A DNA stretch of 64,000 nucleotides from the human T2T-CHM13v2.0 reference genome, Homo sapiens. The number at the start of each line of letters is the position of its first letter. Within the stretch, counting starts at the first letter, position 1. Shown in pieces: positions 19,590 to 34,489 of this stretch. The stretch lies in NCBI RefSeq assembly GCF_009914755.1, contig NC_060947.1; one strand, written 5' to 3'. A model generated the notes under the pieces. The model worked only from the letters and a program-made list of their open reading frames with translations, was not told the DNA's origin and made no database searches. Made by a program: the position numbers and the translations under genes.

Positions 19590-20697
19590 AAAAGTGGAGA
19601 AAATTAAACTTTTCATGGCACAAAAAGGGAAAGAGACCCCCTCCATCCCTTTCCTTAGAGCATATACTTTAGACGACGTTTAGTTATGAATCCTTTTTCT
19701 GCTCCTTCAAGAGATATGTAAATATTTTTTAAGCTGTTAAAAATTACAGGAAGCCATTGTTTTGGACTGAGCTCCTGCACTAGGTTCCAACATTCAAGAA
19801 AAAAACAAAATAGAGTCTCTCGTGTTAAATGCCACATCATCAAACTAAAACTTTAACGAAGCAAACAGATTCTAAAACAGACCAGTTTTTCCTGAAAACA
19901 GGAGATTCTAGTCTACCTGTGTCAGCATAATAATAAGGAAGTATCCTCTGCTTTAACCCTTTTAAAAAATTAACCCAAAGTAACCTGTTGTTAACCCATC
20001 CAGTTTTTTTCTATTGTTCTACTTCCTTGTTCCCACCCTTCAATACCTACTGTTCTGCCATCGCCCAGTGGGAGATCTCATTATTTGTAGAATGGATGCT
20101 TCCCAAATTCATGAATCGCAGATAAAAGCAAATTAGACCTATAACTAAATTTGTCGTAATTTTGTCTTTTAATAAAGCTAGATAAGCCTTTTGCCAGCTT
20201 TAAAACACAGAAATGTCTTTCTCAAGAACCTGGGTGACATCTCTTTGAAATGTAAATATCAAAGAATATAGCATCCCTATCTCCTTGGGAGTTTAATGTA
20301 GGTGTCTGGCTTCAAATTACAGCCACCTATGTGTCATGGAATTATGAGAAGTTTTACAATTTCTTTGGGTAAAGGCAATTAGCAAAGGCAAATGGCCACC
20401 CCCAATTACCAGGTGAATTTAAAATGAACTATGTGTAACAAACGGTGCTATTAAGTCCTCTCATATGAAGACTAGTCTATCTTGGGAACATGTATGTAAT
20501 AGGTTGTATCTGCCTGGGCTATATAAAAAGATGATATTTCTTTCTATCTTTCCAATCTCTTTAGCAGATTGCTTGTGATGCACATCACATTCTGGTTTAA
20601 TGCCTATTCAATAATAAAACTGTTTTCCTTCTTTTCTACTTTTGTGGGCAGGTTTTCTGGGTTGGCAGATTTTGTCTGTAATTATGTTTTCCCAACA
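19590..20697 (+). mobile_element. MER34-group-like LTR, split by a second LTR
   Basis: TATA-like ctatataaaag (~20520), aataaa (~20613), ends ttcccaaca; the two halves join across the nested LTR. Family uncertain. Confidence 0.55.
19735..20174 (+). mobile_element. MER72-like solo LTR nested in another LTR
   Basis: tgttaaaaattacaggaagccattgttttggactgagctcctgcactagg...; 4-bp TSD aagc. Confidence 0.65.
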
Positions 20698-21511
20698 CAG
20701 GCACCTGGAGACATTGAGTACTGCCAATGGACTGCTGAACCAAACGAAGAGCTTTTCTGCAACATTCATGTTGCAGAGGAGATGGGAACTGCCACTCAGC
20801 TGCTGCCACTCAGCTACTAAATCTGAAATAGTTATTCAGCAATACAAAAATGGTATTGCGGGGTTCTGGGGCAGCCCCTTTGGCTCAAATGCCAGAGCTT
20901 TCTGCTATACCTACTGAGTTTCAGTAGATTTTATTGAATAAAAGTTTCTCAATTCATTACAAGCCCTTCGATCAATCTCCAAAGACTTTGTCTAGTTTCA
21001 AATATGTTTTTCTAGGGGAAAGGATTTGCCAAGCTCCTCACACTACCATTCCAGAAGTCCTAACCCTGAACTATGTTTGCAACTTCTTGTGAATCCTAAA
21101 TTATTTTAAAATAAAGAGTATAAGAAATAAAAATTTAGTGGTGCCTAGCATGATCCAGGCAGTGTCCTTGATGCTGGATTTACAAAGACCAATGAAACCT
21201 GGTTCTTTTCCTTCAGGATCTTATAGTCAGGTGTGGGAGACAGACGTGTATTGGAAAAGCACAGAAAAGTGCTATAGGTGCTAAATTAGCAATCTGTGCA
21301 AATAGCATGGAGGAAGGGACGAAGAAAACAAAAGTAGTTAGTAAAATAGAAACAGGAATGACCAACAAATTAAAAAGAAAATTCAGGAAAACTATGTCCT
21401 TGTGAGTATGAAATCACTCACCTATACTTGACAATGCAACTGGTCATTGGGTTCACATCCTTGGCTCTTCCCAGGTAATAGTGAATGATATCCCTTCTCA
21501 AAATAAAATAA

Positions 21512-21896
<385 letters not shown>

Positions 21897-22119
21897 AATG
21901 CAGTTTTACTGTAAGATCAGATCTGAAGGAAAAGGAGTAACAGATTGACCAAAGTTCTTTATGAAGCCAAGAAGTCAGGAATAGAAACTTCCAAAAATGG
22001 GAACATGGAGTAAAGAATATAAAAATCTCAAGTGAAGAGAATTTCTAATACAGATGTGTCCTATGTCAATTCATTGTTCACATATATTTTCCAATAAGGG
22101 CAAAACTGACACAATGATA

Positions 22120-22570
22120 GCAATACTTTATTGAGCAAGTAGCAAATGTAATAATTCATTCAATAAATACTGGGCACTGTGTTAGGTTCTGGGGATACAG
22201 AGATGACTCAAGCTGGGCTTCAGGCCTCAAAGACTTCGTGTTCTAGTGGACGGACAGACAGACCTGTAGATAGAAAGATTCTGCCTACATGTAGAATTGC
22301 GCCTACATGAAATTGTGAGGAGAGCTATGACAGAAATAAGCATGGAGGACCTTGGGAAATAGATGAGGGCCCCTTAATCTAGGTAGCCATGAAAGAATTC
22401 TCAGAGGAGATAATGCTTATGAACTAGGTACTATTATGATCCTCAACATTAGATTAGAAAACTGCAGATCAGGGAGGTAAGGTAACTTGGCTGAGATTAC
22501 ATGGATAGTAAATGGTTGAGCCAGTTTTCATTCATGGTAATGTGGACTCCCAAACCTCATTCGTTTTACT
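22120..22570. mobile_element. L2 3' end followed by MIR
   Basis: cattcaataaatac..ggcactgtgttaggttctggggatacag (L2); aaactgcagatcagggaggtaaggtaacttg (MIR core). Confidence 0.7.
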
Positions 22571-23056
22571 TGACTGCCACCACTTAGATTTTCAATGGCT
22601 CTGTTTGCTTCATATACGTTTTTGAAATCTGGTACATTTTATGATCTATGGGAAAGTCAGAAAGATACTCCATATCTATTGGTTTAAGTACAGCTCCTCT
22701 GAGTTCTAACTACTGGGCCCTGATGCTGTATAGAATTCTGAGCACAGCCTAGACACTAAATGTTTTTCTTTTCTGCAGACTTGTCAGATGCCAACTGATT
22801 CACTTCAACCTTGAGTATTAATTAATTTTTATTTTGTTACACCCACTTCTAAAGGTAATTTTAACTTAATGCCCTTTCAAAATCCAATCAAATTAACAGT
22901 ATAATATGGATTTTCATAAAGATCCCAGAATGTCCTGCTCTGAAACACCATCCAATTGACTATTCATATCAATGTAAACTGGACTTGGAGTGTTACAAAA
23001 ATCCTGCTCAAAAGCATATACTAAACCATTACCATTTTCTTGTAAGTACAAATCAG

Positions 23057-23950
<894 letters not shown>

Positions 23951-24135
23951 GACCAATTATAAACATGCCCCACATAAGACTCCAAAAAGTTCTGGACTTC
24001 ATGGCCCAGAAATAGTAGTATCCTGAATGAAAACAAACAAACGAATAAGCCAAAAACCAAAAAAACTAAAACTAAAACCTTTCCTCCTCCTCTTTTTGTT
24101 GCCTCTACACTAGTACTGACCATAGTGAGACACAC

Positions 24136-24168
24136 TGTGTGCGTGTGTGCGTGTGTGTGTGTGTGTGT
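24136..24168. repeat. (TG)n microsatellite, imperfect
   Basis: tgtgtgcgtgtgtgcgtgtgtgtg... Confidence 0.9.
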
Positions 24169-25149
24169 ATATCACCGAATGGTATATTTTCAACCATTTT
24201 TGACCTTTGTTTGTGGAAAAGCTGCTTAACCTCTCTGATTCTTGGTTTCCCCATTTTACAGAATAGGACAACTACTTCTCAGAGTCAGCGTGAGGATTAG
24301 ATGTCATAATACATGTAGACATGTTTTTGAGAACTACAAAGGGCTGTATATGTGTTATATACTCCCCTGGGAACATTTGGAGCACACAGAAATTTTGGTG
24401 AGTCACAGAAAAAGCAATTTTTATAAAAGCAGCTTCTCCAGCCCAATCCCTTGTATACAACAGTGAGTGTTTAATATATTTTATTATACCAATGAGTTTA
24501 TGCAAACTTAACCCATTCGGAAGTCATAATAAATGATGCTTGACACCACACTAGGAACTTGAGATTCAAATGGATAAAACAGGGTTCTTTCCTTCAAAGA
24601 ACTCATGGTCTAGTAGGGGAACCCTGGAAACAAATAACTACAAGGATTGTGGCAGGCTACACAGTAGAAGTATATACCAGGTACAGTGTGGTACACAGGT
24701 AGGATAGGCACTCCCAAGTCTTTTTACCCTTTCAGGCTCTTGTTCCATTGATCACCACATCTTCCTATGTCTCCATCCTCTTCCTGTCTACTGGCTCCTC
24801 CCCATAATCAAATAAGCCATGTCACCCTCTTGGTCACAATCACAGTTTAGTGAGTGAGTCAGATAAGTACTTTAGGCAACTGCAGGATTCACAGTGGATT
24901 TTCATCTTAAAGTTAAACAGGAAGGTATGGCAATAGAGTATTGATATAGTGAGATGTGTCTTTAGTTACTGCCATGTTCTGAGTAACTTGGTGAATGACA
25001 ATTCACCAAGGACCCCAGGAGGAGGGAAAGTATTAGGAGTGGGAGGCTTTGCAAGGTCACAGGTTCAGATTTAGATGAATAAATAATTACAATGTTTAAT
25101 GCTTCATACTTGGCATGAAATGGGACAAGATAATTGTGGAATAAGAAAA

Positions 25150-25520
25150 CTAAGTTAAAATCCTGGCTCTGTTGTACATGAGCTCTATGACCTTGGGAAA
25201 TTTTCTATGTGTTGAAGAGTCCATTCACCCAACATTATTGATAAGATTAAAAAACAACAGTAAAATTTATAACATAGCACAATGGTTGAGAACACAGCCT
25301 CTGGAGTTGGATTGCTTGGATTTGAAACAGTGCTACCCTTTATTTGCTGTAGGAGAGTGAGGAAATTTTAGCTTCTTAGTTTTCTTATCTATAAAATGGC
25401 ATATTAAATAGTAGTTCTGACCTCACGGGGCTTTTATGACAATTCAGTTGCTTAATATATTAAATAGTAGAGTAGAGTACCTGGTATATAGCAACTGCTA
25501 AATGTTTGCTAAATATATTA
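25150..25520. mobile_element. MIR elements
   Basis: aatcctggctctg..tgaccttgggaaa; tggttgagaacacagcctctggag; agttttcttatctataaaatgg. Confidence 0.7.
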
Positions 25521-26329
25521 GGAATACCTATTTCAGAGTTCACTGCAAATTTCACAAGATATGAAAATTGTTAATTAGTTGTAACTATGCCACTATAGTC
25601 TCTTCCAAAATCCTGATTTTGGAAGCCATGGCATGTCGTCTAGCTTCGAATTATCTTTAAAGTGAAACTGCACTGTTGAATCCTACAGCTCCTTGAAGTA
25701 CTTGTCTGACTCTCCAACTAAACAGTGACAGTAGCAGAGATGGTAGCACGGCCTAATTGGAACAGCTAATCTTTAGGTATCTGATCATTCAATGTAGTCC
25801 TCAACAAGGGTCAGTCAGTTTCCTGCAGCCAGGGGAGTGCAGCAGAAGCTTCAGAGCACTGGAACCACAGATTGTCCTGTTGAGGATGTGGCCCCGACAC
25901 TGAAAGTCATGATAAGACCTAATAGCTCCAAGTTTGTTCTCCTTTCCTTCAGGACTTCTCCCTATATACCCCCATCGACATTGCTCTCCATCTCATTGCC
26001 CATTGGCATCAGACACATACACATACCATTCACTGGCAATTAGGACTAATCATGAGACAAACTTTGAATATGTGGATTGTGAGCTTCTTTAAGTAAGAAG
26101 AGTATAAAATCCAAATAAACATATTCAAAGAGAGGTGTGCTTTTGGAATGGAAGCAGTCAAGTTTTGTTTAGTTTGGCATTGAGCTGTAAGAAACAGGGT
26201 CATGTTAAATAGAGCTTCTATGGGTCTGTAGCCATTTATCACCACACAGATGTTTTCCAGCCCCACTCCTCACCTGCTGTCCTCTTGCTGTTTCCTCAGT
26301 CAGCAATTTCCTATTCTCCACAGAGCTAC

Positions 26330-27050
26330 GTCAATACTGCCCTCACTTTCTCTTAACCTCTTATATTACTCACACTTTCTCACCTCATACTCACTAGATA
26401 ACTCTATTACCTCTCCAAGGGAAATGAATATCTCAGGTGTAACATACCTTAGTTTCATAATACAAATCTACCAACCTTCCTTATACCTATCCAGTTTTTT
26501 CTCCTTCCCTCCTGGTACAGTGGAAGGGGTAATTTTCTACCATCTAAGATAAATTGCTTCACTGTGCTTCACATCCCAAGTCCTTCCACCCTCTCAGGCT
26601 CTTTTTCCACTGATTACTACATCTTCCTATACCTTCAAGGCTTTCCCTCTGTAAGGGTTCCTCCCCATTAACAAATAAAGGTGCCCAAGTCTCTGACACC
26701 TAGAAAACCTTAAAACTCTCCTTCAATGTGACCTTTCTCTTTAGCTACCATCCTATTTCTTGCCTCTCCTTCAATAGTTAATTAAATTATTTGAAAGAAT
26801 TATTTACTCATTAAATCCAGATCCTTATGTCCCACTTATTCCTCAGCCCACTGCCATCTGCTTTACCACTCTGCCACTCTATTGAGACAGTTTTCATCAA
26901 TGATATTTTCTGCCACCACCACTATAATACTCCATATTCTTCACAACTCCCTCCTTAAAATATTGTATATCCTCAATTCTCTTTATTTTGAGGACTGCTT
27001 TTGATAACTCCTTTGTATGCAATTCTCCCTCTGCTCATCACAGAAATGTT
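26330..27050 (+). mobile_element. L2 LINE, 5' half of an element split by nested insertions
   Basis: RT motif read on + strand: CHSIETVF (HSTET-like) near 26875. Confidence 0.7.
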
Positions 27051-29375
27051 TTTTGTTAACAGCTTTATTAAGGTATAATTACATCTGAACTTGCTTCTAG
27101 ACACAGGTAAATTAAAAAAATATATATATATATATATAGTTACATACCATAAACTTCACCAGTTTAATGTGTACAATTCAATGGCTGTTAGAGTATTTAC
27201 AAAGTTGTGCAAACATCATCATAATCTAATTTTGAACATGTTCATCATCACCAAAAGAAATCTTGTACCCATTAGAAGTCAATCCTCATTCCCCTTTCCC
27301 CTAGCCATAGGCAAGCATTACTCTACTTTCTGATGCTCTAGATCTGCCTATATTAGGTATTACATATAAAACAAGTATTACACAGTATGTAATGTACTGT
27401 GTCTGGCTTCTTTCACTTAGCATAATGTTTTCAATGTTCACCCATGTTATAGCATCTATCAGTATTTCATTCCTTTTTATTGCTAAATAATATCCCATTG
27501 TATGGGTATACTACATTTTCTTTATATAGTCATAGTCTATGGACATTTGAATTGTTTCCACTTTTGGCTATAGTGAATAACGCTGCTATGATTATTCATA
27601 TACATGCCTTTTTGTGAAACATTTTCATTTCTCTTGGGTGGATACCTCACAGTAGAATTGTTGGGTCATATGGTAAGCTTGCTTAACATTCTAAAGGACT
27701 GCCAAACTATTTTCCAAAGTGGTAGCGATATCTTATATTCTCCCCAGTAATGTATGAGGACTCAGGCTTCTCCACATCCTTACTAAGTCTTACTTTTAGT
27801 CTTTTTGATTATAGGCATTCTAGTGGGTGATAAGTGGTTTCTCGTTGTGGTTTTAATTTGTATTTCCCCAGTAACTAATCTTTTATTATTAGTTAAGCAT
27901 CTTTTCAAGCGCCTATTGTCCACTTACATATTTCCTTGGAGGAATCTATTCAAATCCCTTACGTAGCTTTTAATCACATTATTTGCCTTATTATTGATTT
28001 TTAAGCATTTTTTAATATTCTGGATACAATCCAAGTTGCTGATCATTTTAAAGGGCGAACTTTTAATGTTGTTAATTTTCTCTATTGTTCTTCTATTCTC
28101 TATTTATTTTCATTTGAATATTTAGTATTCCTATCCTGCTTATCTTGTTTTGTTTGCTCTTTTTTTGTGGAGATTTAAATGAATTACCCAGTAAGTACTG
28201 CTTTAGCTGCTTCTTGCTTTGGTGTTTTGATTACATCCATCTCGAAATATTCTTTAATTTCCACTGTGACTTCTTATTTGACCCACAGGAATGTGTTGTT
28301 TAATTTCTACATATTTGTGAGTTTCACATGTTTCTTTCTGTCATTGATTTCTAAATTCCACTTTGGTTAGAGAATATAATTTGTATGATTTCAGTATTTT
28401 TAAATCTATTGATGCATGTTTATGGCCTAGCATATGATCTATTTTGCAGAAAGTTACATGTACTTGAAGGGGATATATATTTTATTGCTGTTGGGTGGAG
28501 TGGTCTTTAGATGTCTCTTAGTTTAAACTGTTTTATAGTGTTGTTCCCTTGTTGCTACTAGTAGCATGGAACCACCAAGCCCCTCTTAATTGCTCACCAT
28601 TAAGATACTCACTGTTTTCAACAATGCTTTCAGGCATTAACTTCTCCAGATTTTGTTCCCCATAAATTCAGTCCCTTCAGGCAGAGATGCTATGCTTTAT
28701 GCCCTGCCTTTCTACATATATAGAAACTCTGGACAAGTGTACCTGAGCTGGGTGTGGGTATAGTAGACCACTTCTCCAGTAACACCTTACTCTATTAGTG
28801 GACACTGAGGAGAGATGGTAGCCTCTGGTCATTTCAGCTTGCCAGTCTCCATGTAGAAACTTTACCTTACAAATACACTGGCACATAGGAGATTGGGAAC
28901 CCACTAGTCTTAGCCTATCACAGCTGAGGCAGAGGCCTCACCCTACAAGTAGGAGCTAGTCCTCTAGCCCAGACTTGCCTGCCTCGACTAGGACTTCTGC
29001 AAAATGGCGCTGTGGAGGGATAAGACACTGGTGGCTTTCTCCTCCTGGGTCAAACTATGGACTAGGAACTTGGGGGATAGAGGCCCCCATCTTCTTGGTC
29101 ATATCCACATGTAGCACATGTAGTAGAGGTCTAGAGTAGAGCTTGTCACATGGGGCTGGGGGAGATAGAACAGCTTGTAGCTCAAATGTCACAGATTCTA
29201 ACCATTTTTGCCAAGATTTAGTAATTTTCTTAAATACTTCTTCATTTGTTATATGCCCTTATGACAATTTCTAAAGACTTTGTGTGTGTGCATGTGCATG
29301 CATGTGTGCGTATATACATAGCTGTCACGAAATAATGGTGTTTCTCTGGGAAATGGGTTCACCAAGATCCTCATA
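27050..29375 (-). mobile_element. Old L1M (L1MB/MC/MD-like) fragments
   Basis: aacagctttattaaggtataattaca...ctggcttctttcacttagcataatgttttca reverse L1 3' end, followed by ORF2 and 5'-region fragments. Confidence 0.75.
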
Positions 29376-32300
29376 TAACTATAACAAAAATGCAGGTTCA
29401 GACACTGCCATTTGCAGAGTCCAATTAACAAGAGCAAGGTCTGGTATAAAGAAAGTGACTTTTTATTCCAAAGCTAGCTTAGGGGAAGAAATACAGGCTT
29501 CCTGCCATAGAGGTACAAATTCACTTTTGGAGCAGAAAATTGACACTTTTAAAAAGGGACCCAGCATGAATGGCACGCAGGGGAGGAAGCAAACAGGTAG
29601 GGGTCTGCATGCTCACTTTGGTGCCTTATCTACCAGGCAGTGAACTGGTGCCTTTGTGAGCAGAACGAGATTGTAAAGGTGGCCGAAACTTTCCAGGTGG
29701 GAGAGAGTGTCATAGCAGGCATACTAAGGGTTGTAAATTGACTGTTGTCCCTCAAGGCAGTCTCCTGGTGGGAGAGAATTCTGCTCTGGAGCTTCTAAGA
29801 ACATGGTTAGATGAACTTGCCCTGTAGGGAGCGTCTGATGTAGGGGAGATAAAAGGTTATAACTGCATTTCTAAAGGGCTACGTAAGAAGTGGGGAATGG
29901 GGAAATTGATAAAATAAGAGAAAATAATAATAATAACTCATTTTCTTTTTCTTAGAAATATGAGTATACTCAATTATAATTTCCCACTGTCAGGTTCCAT
30001 TTTACTTCTATGGGATTTGGGTGCCACATTCACTCTGGCTACTTCCTGCTGAGAAAGGGCATAGTCATTGTTTGTCAAAATGAAACTGATCTACTTGGAG
30101 TTGGAAATATTCACAAGTACCCAGACTTACAGATGATGTTTGTTGGAACATTACGGTGTGAAGTTTGAAGAGTCTTTGGGAAAGCCTGTCTTGCATTTCC
30201 ATACAGAGTGTGCAACTGCAGTAAACTCCACAACAGAGGAATATGCCTATCCCTGCAATCAAGGCCAATGTTACAAGCAGCTTTTTCTACCAAGATGGTC
30301 TTGACCTGAACCAGAATACTGACCACTGGTCTATTGACAATATTATGTCAGACATAGGTTTGAGTTGTTGGTGCATGTCTTGCAAAGCTAGAGACATTTT
30401 TCCCAAATTATCAGGGATGTATATACAGCAGCTACTCTTAATTATCATTCAGGTTCCCCACTGCCAATTGTAACTGGATATAATGACAGGATGGCTAAAT
30501 ATGTATTTAAAAGGTTACAGGAAGAGTTATGAACACTCATGAAGGTGGCCATAAGCCCTGTCTAGTCCATGAGAATGGATTAGTTTAGTTAAATAGCTGT
30601 GTTCTATCCAGGAGGTAGCACTGCAGATGGGCTAGGCCTCTGTATGTGATGAAGGCAAACAGATTTTTGATAAGAGGCATGTCTATGGAAACAGAAGAAA
30701 AATAAAGGTTAATGTTGGGCACAATTTTCCAGATGTTAGACTCACAGCATCTTTAGTTACAGAGGAGGAAAGTTGTGGCAGCCTGACATGTTTTTCTTGC
30801 CTGTGTTACAAGGAACAATGTAGTAGCGATTTCATTGAGTTCGGATCAGGAAAATGGAAGAAAAAATTCAAAGTGTTTGTTTAGGGACTTGTAGCCCAGA
30901 AAGAATTCAGAATTTAGTCCAAATTGCAGAAAATAATAAAAACTCAAAAACAATGGACAAGACTAGAATCTAACACAGGTGTACTATAGTTTTTTCTGAA
31001 ACATAATTTTTCTCTCTCCAGTCCCCATTTTTACTAAAGACAAATCATAGTAGGATAAATTTATTTGGAAAATAAGGTTTAGTCTTATTTTGCTTGTCCT
31101 AATTATTTGCATCAAGTACAGCAAGAATAATTATTTGCCATATAAGTTCCTTTGCAACTTGGCTTTGCTGGAATTTTTATTTATACGGAATCTTGGATTA
31201 AACCTTTTAAAGCTTCGAGCCCAGCCACAGATTTATTGGTGCCTGCAAATAACTGCATGGATTGAGTGAATCCCTTTCCTTTTGAAGTCCCAAGGTAACC
31301 TGGGGCTCCTGAGCCTGTCAAAAAGTGACCTTCTTTACTTAGCACAAGTCAGGAAACCCTGTACAGGGACTGCATGGACAAGGTATCAGGCCAGTTTTTC
31401 CCAAGGGGCTTTAATTGGCTCTATAAGTCAACTTTGATTTGTTGAAGCCATCTGTTCATATCTGAAAGTATGGCAATCCAGTTAAAGCCTTGCTAAAATA
31501 ACCAGTGTCTCCAGTGGTGTCCTGTTACAAAAGAGAACAGAATCTTATTGAGTTTATGTAAAAATAACTATACTGCTATAAACTAAGTATACTTACAAAT
31601 AGTTTTCAAGTTCTGGAGAAATCAGGTAGAGAGAAATATGCTCCATATTTTTCTCACACGAGTGTACTTTACCCAATTGTTAAAAGCTGTAAATAGCTCA
31701 AAAGAAAAAAAGGTTTCTGGACTCTGAGAAACAAAAGAATTAGCAATGCTTCAAACAAAAAGTCATAAAAAGATTAGTCTTCCATTAGTTCAGTCTATGC
31801 AATTAACTCCCGTTCTGCTCAATATTCCAGAACATATTAGCTCCCTATGGGAGTCTTGGAAGTTTTTTTTGTCCATTCGAGTGTCACAATCCCCAAAGTT
31901 AATAGAAACCTGCATTCAAGAATACCTGTCAGAATCCTACAGCTGATTATAAAATGGCCTTTGAAGAGAATCAAAATAAAATAACAATTATGGATGATAG
32001 AAGTCTCAGAACACTCACAGATAAAGACACAATTGACAAGGAAATCTGGTCATCTCTGTGGCATGCAATAATTTAACATAGCAATCTTAATTATTACTGA
32101 TAACATATATTGAGATATATCAGAATTATGGGGATCTTATACAATTCTGGAAAACATACCAATAACATATTTACATGAATATAACCCAAAGAAAGAAAGT
32201 TAAACACCATTTTATATGTAACAGTGCTTCCTGTATGGCTTTAATATACCAAGTAAGCCAAATATATCTCTTTTGGACTTCAGGGGACCTAATAAAAGAG

Positions 32301-34489
32301 TTAACCAGGTCAAAAAAAAGCTTAATTTAGAACTTGACTTTGGAAAGTTTATCTAATATCAAAGCTTTAAACACCTGATATTACAAAATAGATTCCCAGG
32401 TCACTATAAGCTATTTATTTAACCAAGATAACTCAAAAGTTTTTTAAAGGCTAAAATCTTTACTCATTGATAGAGGGCAGACTCAGCTTTCCAAACAAAA
32501 CCCAAAAAGACAGCATGAGGACAACTGAATCTCTTTTCTCTCCCTTCTTTTTTCTATCATTATTCAAAAGGCAAATAAAAATCTTTCATTATCTTTTAAT
32601 ATCACACGAAAATCCTGTTCAAAAGAGAAAGCCAAATTTCACCTTTGCATTTAGTGTGCTATTAATGTTAAACCCAATTCTTAATAAAACCTTATAAACA
32701 AATCTGTCCAATCTTAATTAGTTTGACCATAATGTAAAATTTCCATAAGCCTTTCATAACACTTTACAATTTTCTGTTAAAGAGCAGATCAATACTCTAA
32801 GAAGACCTTGTAATTCCAACACATGGGCCCAGATTCTGGCCCTGCATCAGTGTGCTTTTTTTTTAATGTTTAATTTTTGGAAAAACTAAATAGCCTCCTT
32901 CAAATTTTAGCCAACTTGCTCATACCCACGGAACTTCCTTTACAAGATCAATCTCTCACAAATCTTTTACAACTTGCTTAAGCTCTCAGTTTTGTCCTAT
33001 TATTCTTTTAGCTTAGGACAATCCTTAAAAACCTCTGAACTAGACAAAATTGCATTTCCTTTAACAAAAACCATAATTACATGCCTTCTTATAACCTTTT
33101 ACTAAAAATACATTCTACCTTCCTTATACACCTTGCACATAAAGCTGTTTCTTCAGTAGTCTCAGTTACTTGTTACAATGTTAACTCTCAGCAACTTTTA
33201 TTTTTGGTGAAAAACGCGGTAAGTAAGCAATTTTAACCATGTATCAATCAGATTATGGAGCCAAGGACAAAGACAGAGCTGCAGACAATGTCTGACTCTT
33301 CCCAGCCTAGCCAGGGAAACTGGCTAACTCTATGTCCCCAGGCCTTAACTAGAGAATCTAATTGGCTGTAAACAGACAAGTTAAGTAATTATTAAAAGTC
33401 ATAGAAGCAGCTTATGACCTTAAGGCATCTAGAAAACAGTATCTGACCTGCCTAATTTAGACCAAACGTCTAAACGTTGAAGACAGTTTTCTTTTATCAA
33501 TAACCTTTAAAACTAGGCTTATTTACCAAAGATTACTACAGTCTTGTGAACTAAAAGGCATTACAGTTTTTATTTTTCTAGAAAAGTATTTGATTTAAGC
33601 ACTTATTTTTAAGCCAATTAATTAGAGCTCTTTTATATAAGCATTACACATACAACACATATACATACACAGACAGAAGCAGATCTGGTAGGGAGATAAA
33701 ATATTAGATACAAGAGGAAGAAGGATTAGACAGGAGTAAATGAAGAATCAGACAGAATTCCATTGACTGAGAAGATTTTAGAGGGCAAGCAAGGGTTTTA
33801 AAACAATATAGGTACACATATAACCCAAATATCACCTTTAAGTTAATTTCTAACTACAAAGCTCTCAAAACATATGTATATATATTTAAATCTTTTATTA
33901 CCAGATTTCAGCTAGGACAAAGGGCCAATATTTCTGACTTTTAATTTTTTTTAAATAAAGGTAACCTCCTACATGAAATCAATAAGCCTTAACCAAGGGT
34001 ATGACTTAACTAACCTTAGGTGCATGGGGCATTTTCGAAAAGATGGCAAGTGATTTTCAAAAGCTCAGGGAAAGGGAAATTTCAAGACAGGAAATCAGAA
34101 GCTGTCCATAAAGGGAAAAAGAATCAATAAATGGCCAAAAGTCACACAAATAACAAACCAGAATGGACCTATTCCCTAAGCACCTAGGCTGTCACTGTGA
34201 AAGGCAAAGCCTACTGAGCTATGGGATGGGCCACATGCCACTGACCTTTCCAGAAGGACCTAGAGCAATCATTTATGAGCTTGCAAAGGATTTTAGCTTC
34301 TCACAAGAATTAAGGCTAGACATGACATTATCATGTACCCTTTTTAGACCCAAGAGTCAAAGCTCTGTCTTAACAGCACAAGGACTTAAAAAGCAATACA
34401 GAAAGTTACATGTATAATCTCTTCAACTCCATAATTTGAATTAACTTTTAGATAACTTTTGAATTAGTCAAAATTATTTTTCTCAGTAA

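Noticed and set aside
25790-25915. Minus-strand HDFQCRGHILN..., faintly like a serine-protease FxCGG motif
   Set aside because: No AAHC, DIAL or GDSGG motifs in frame or nearby; similarity too weak.
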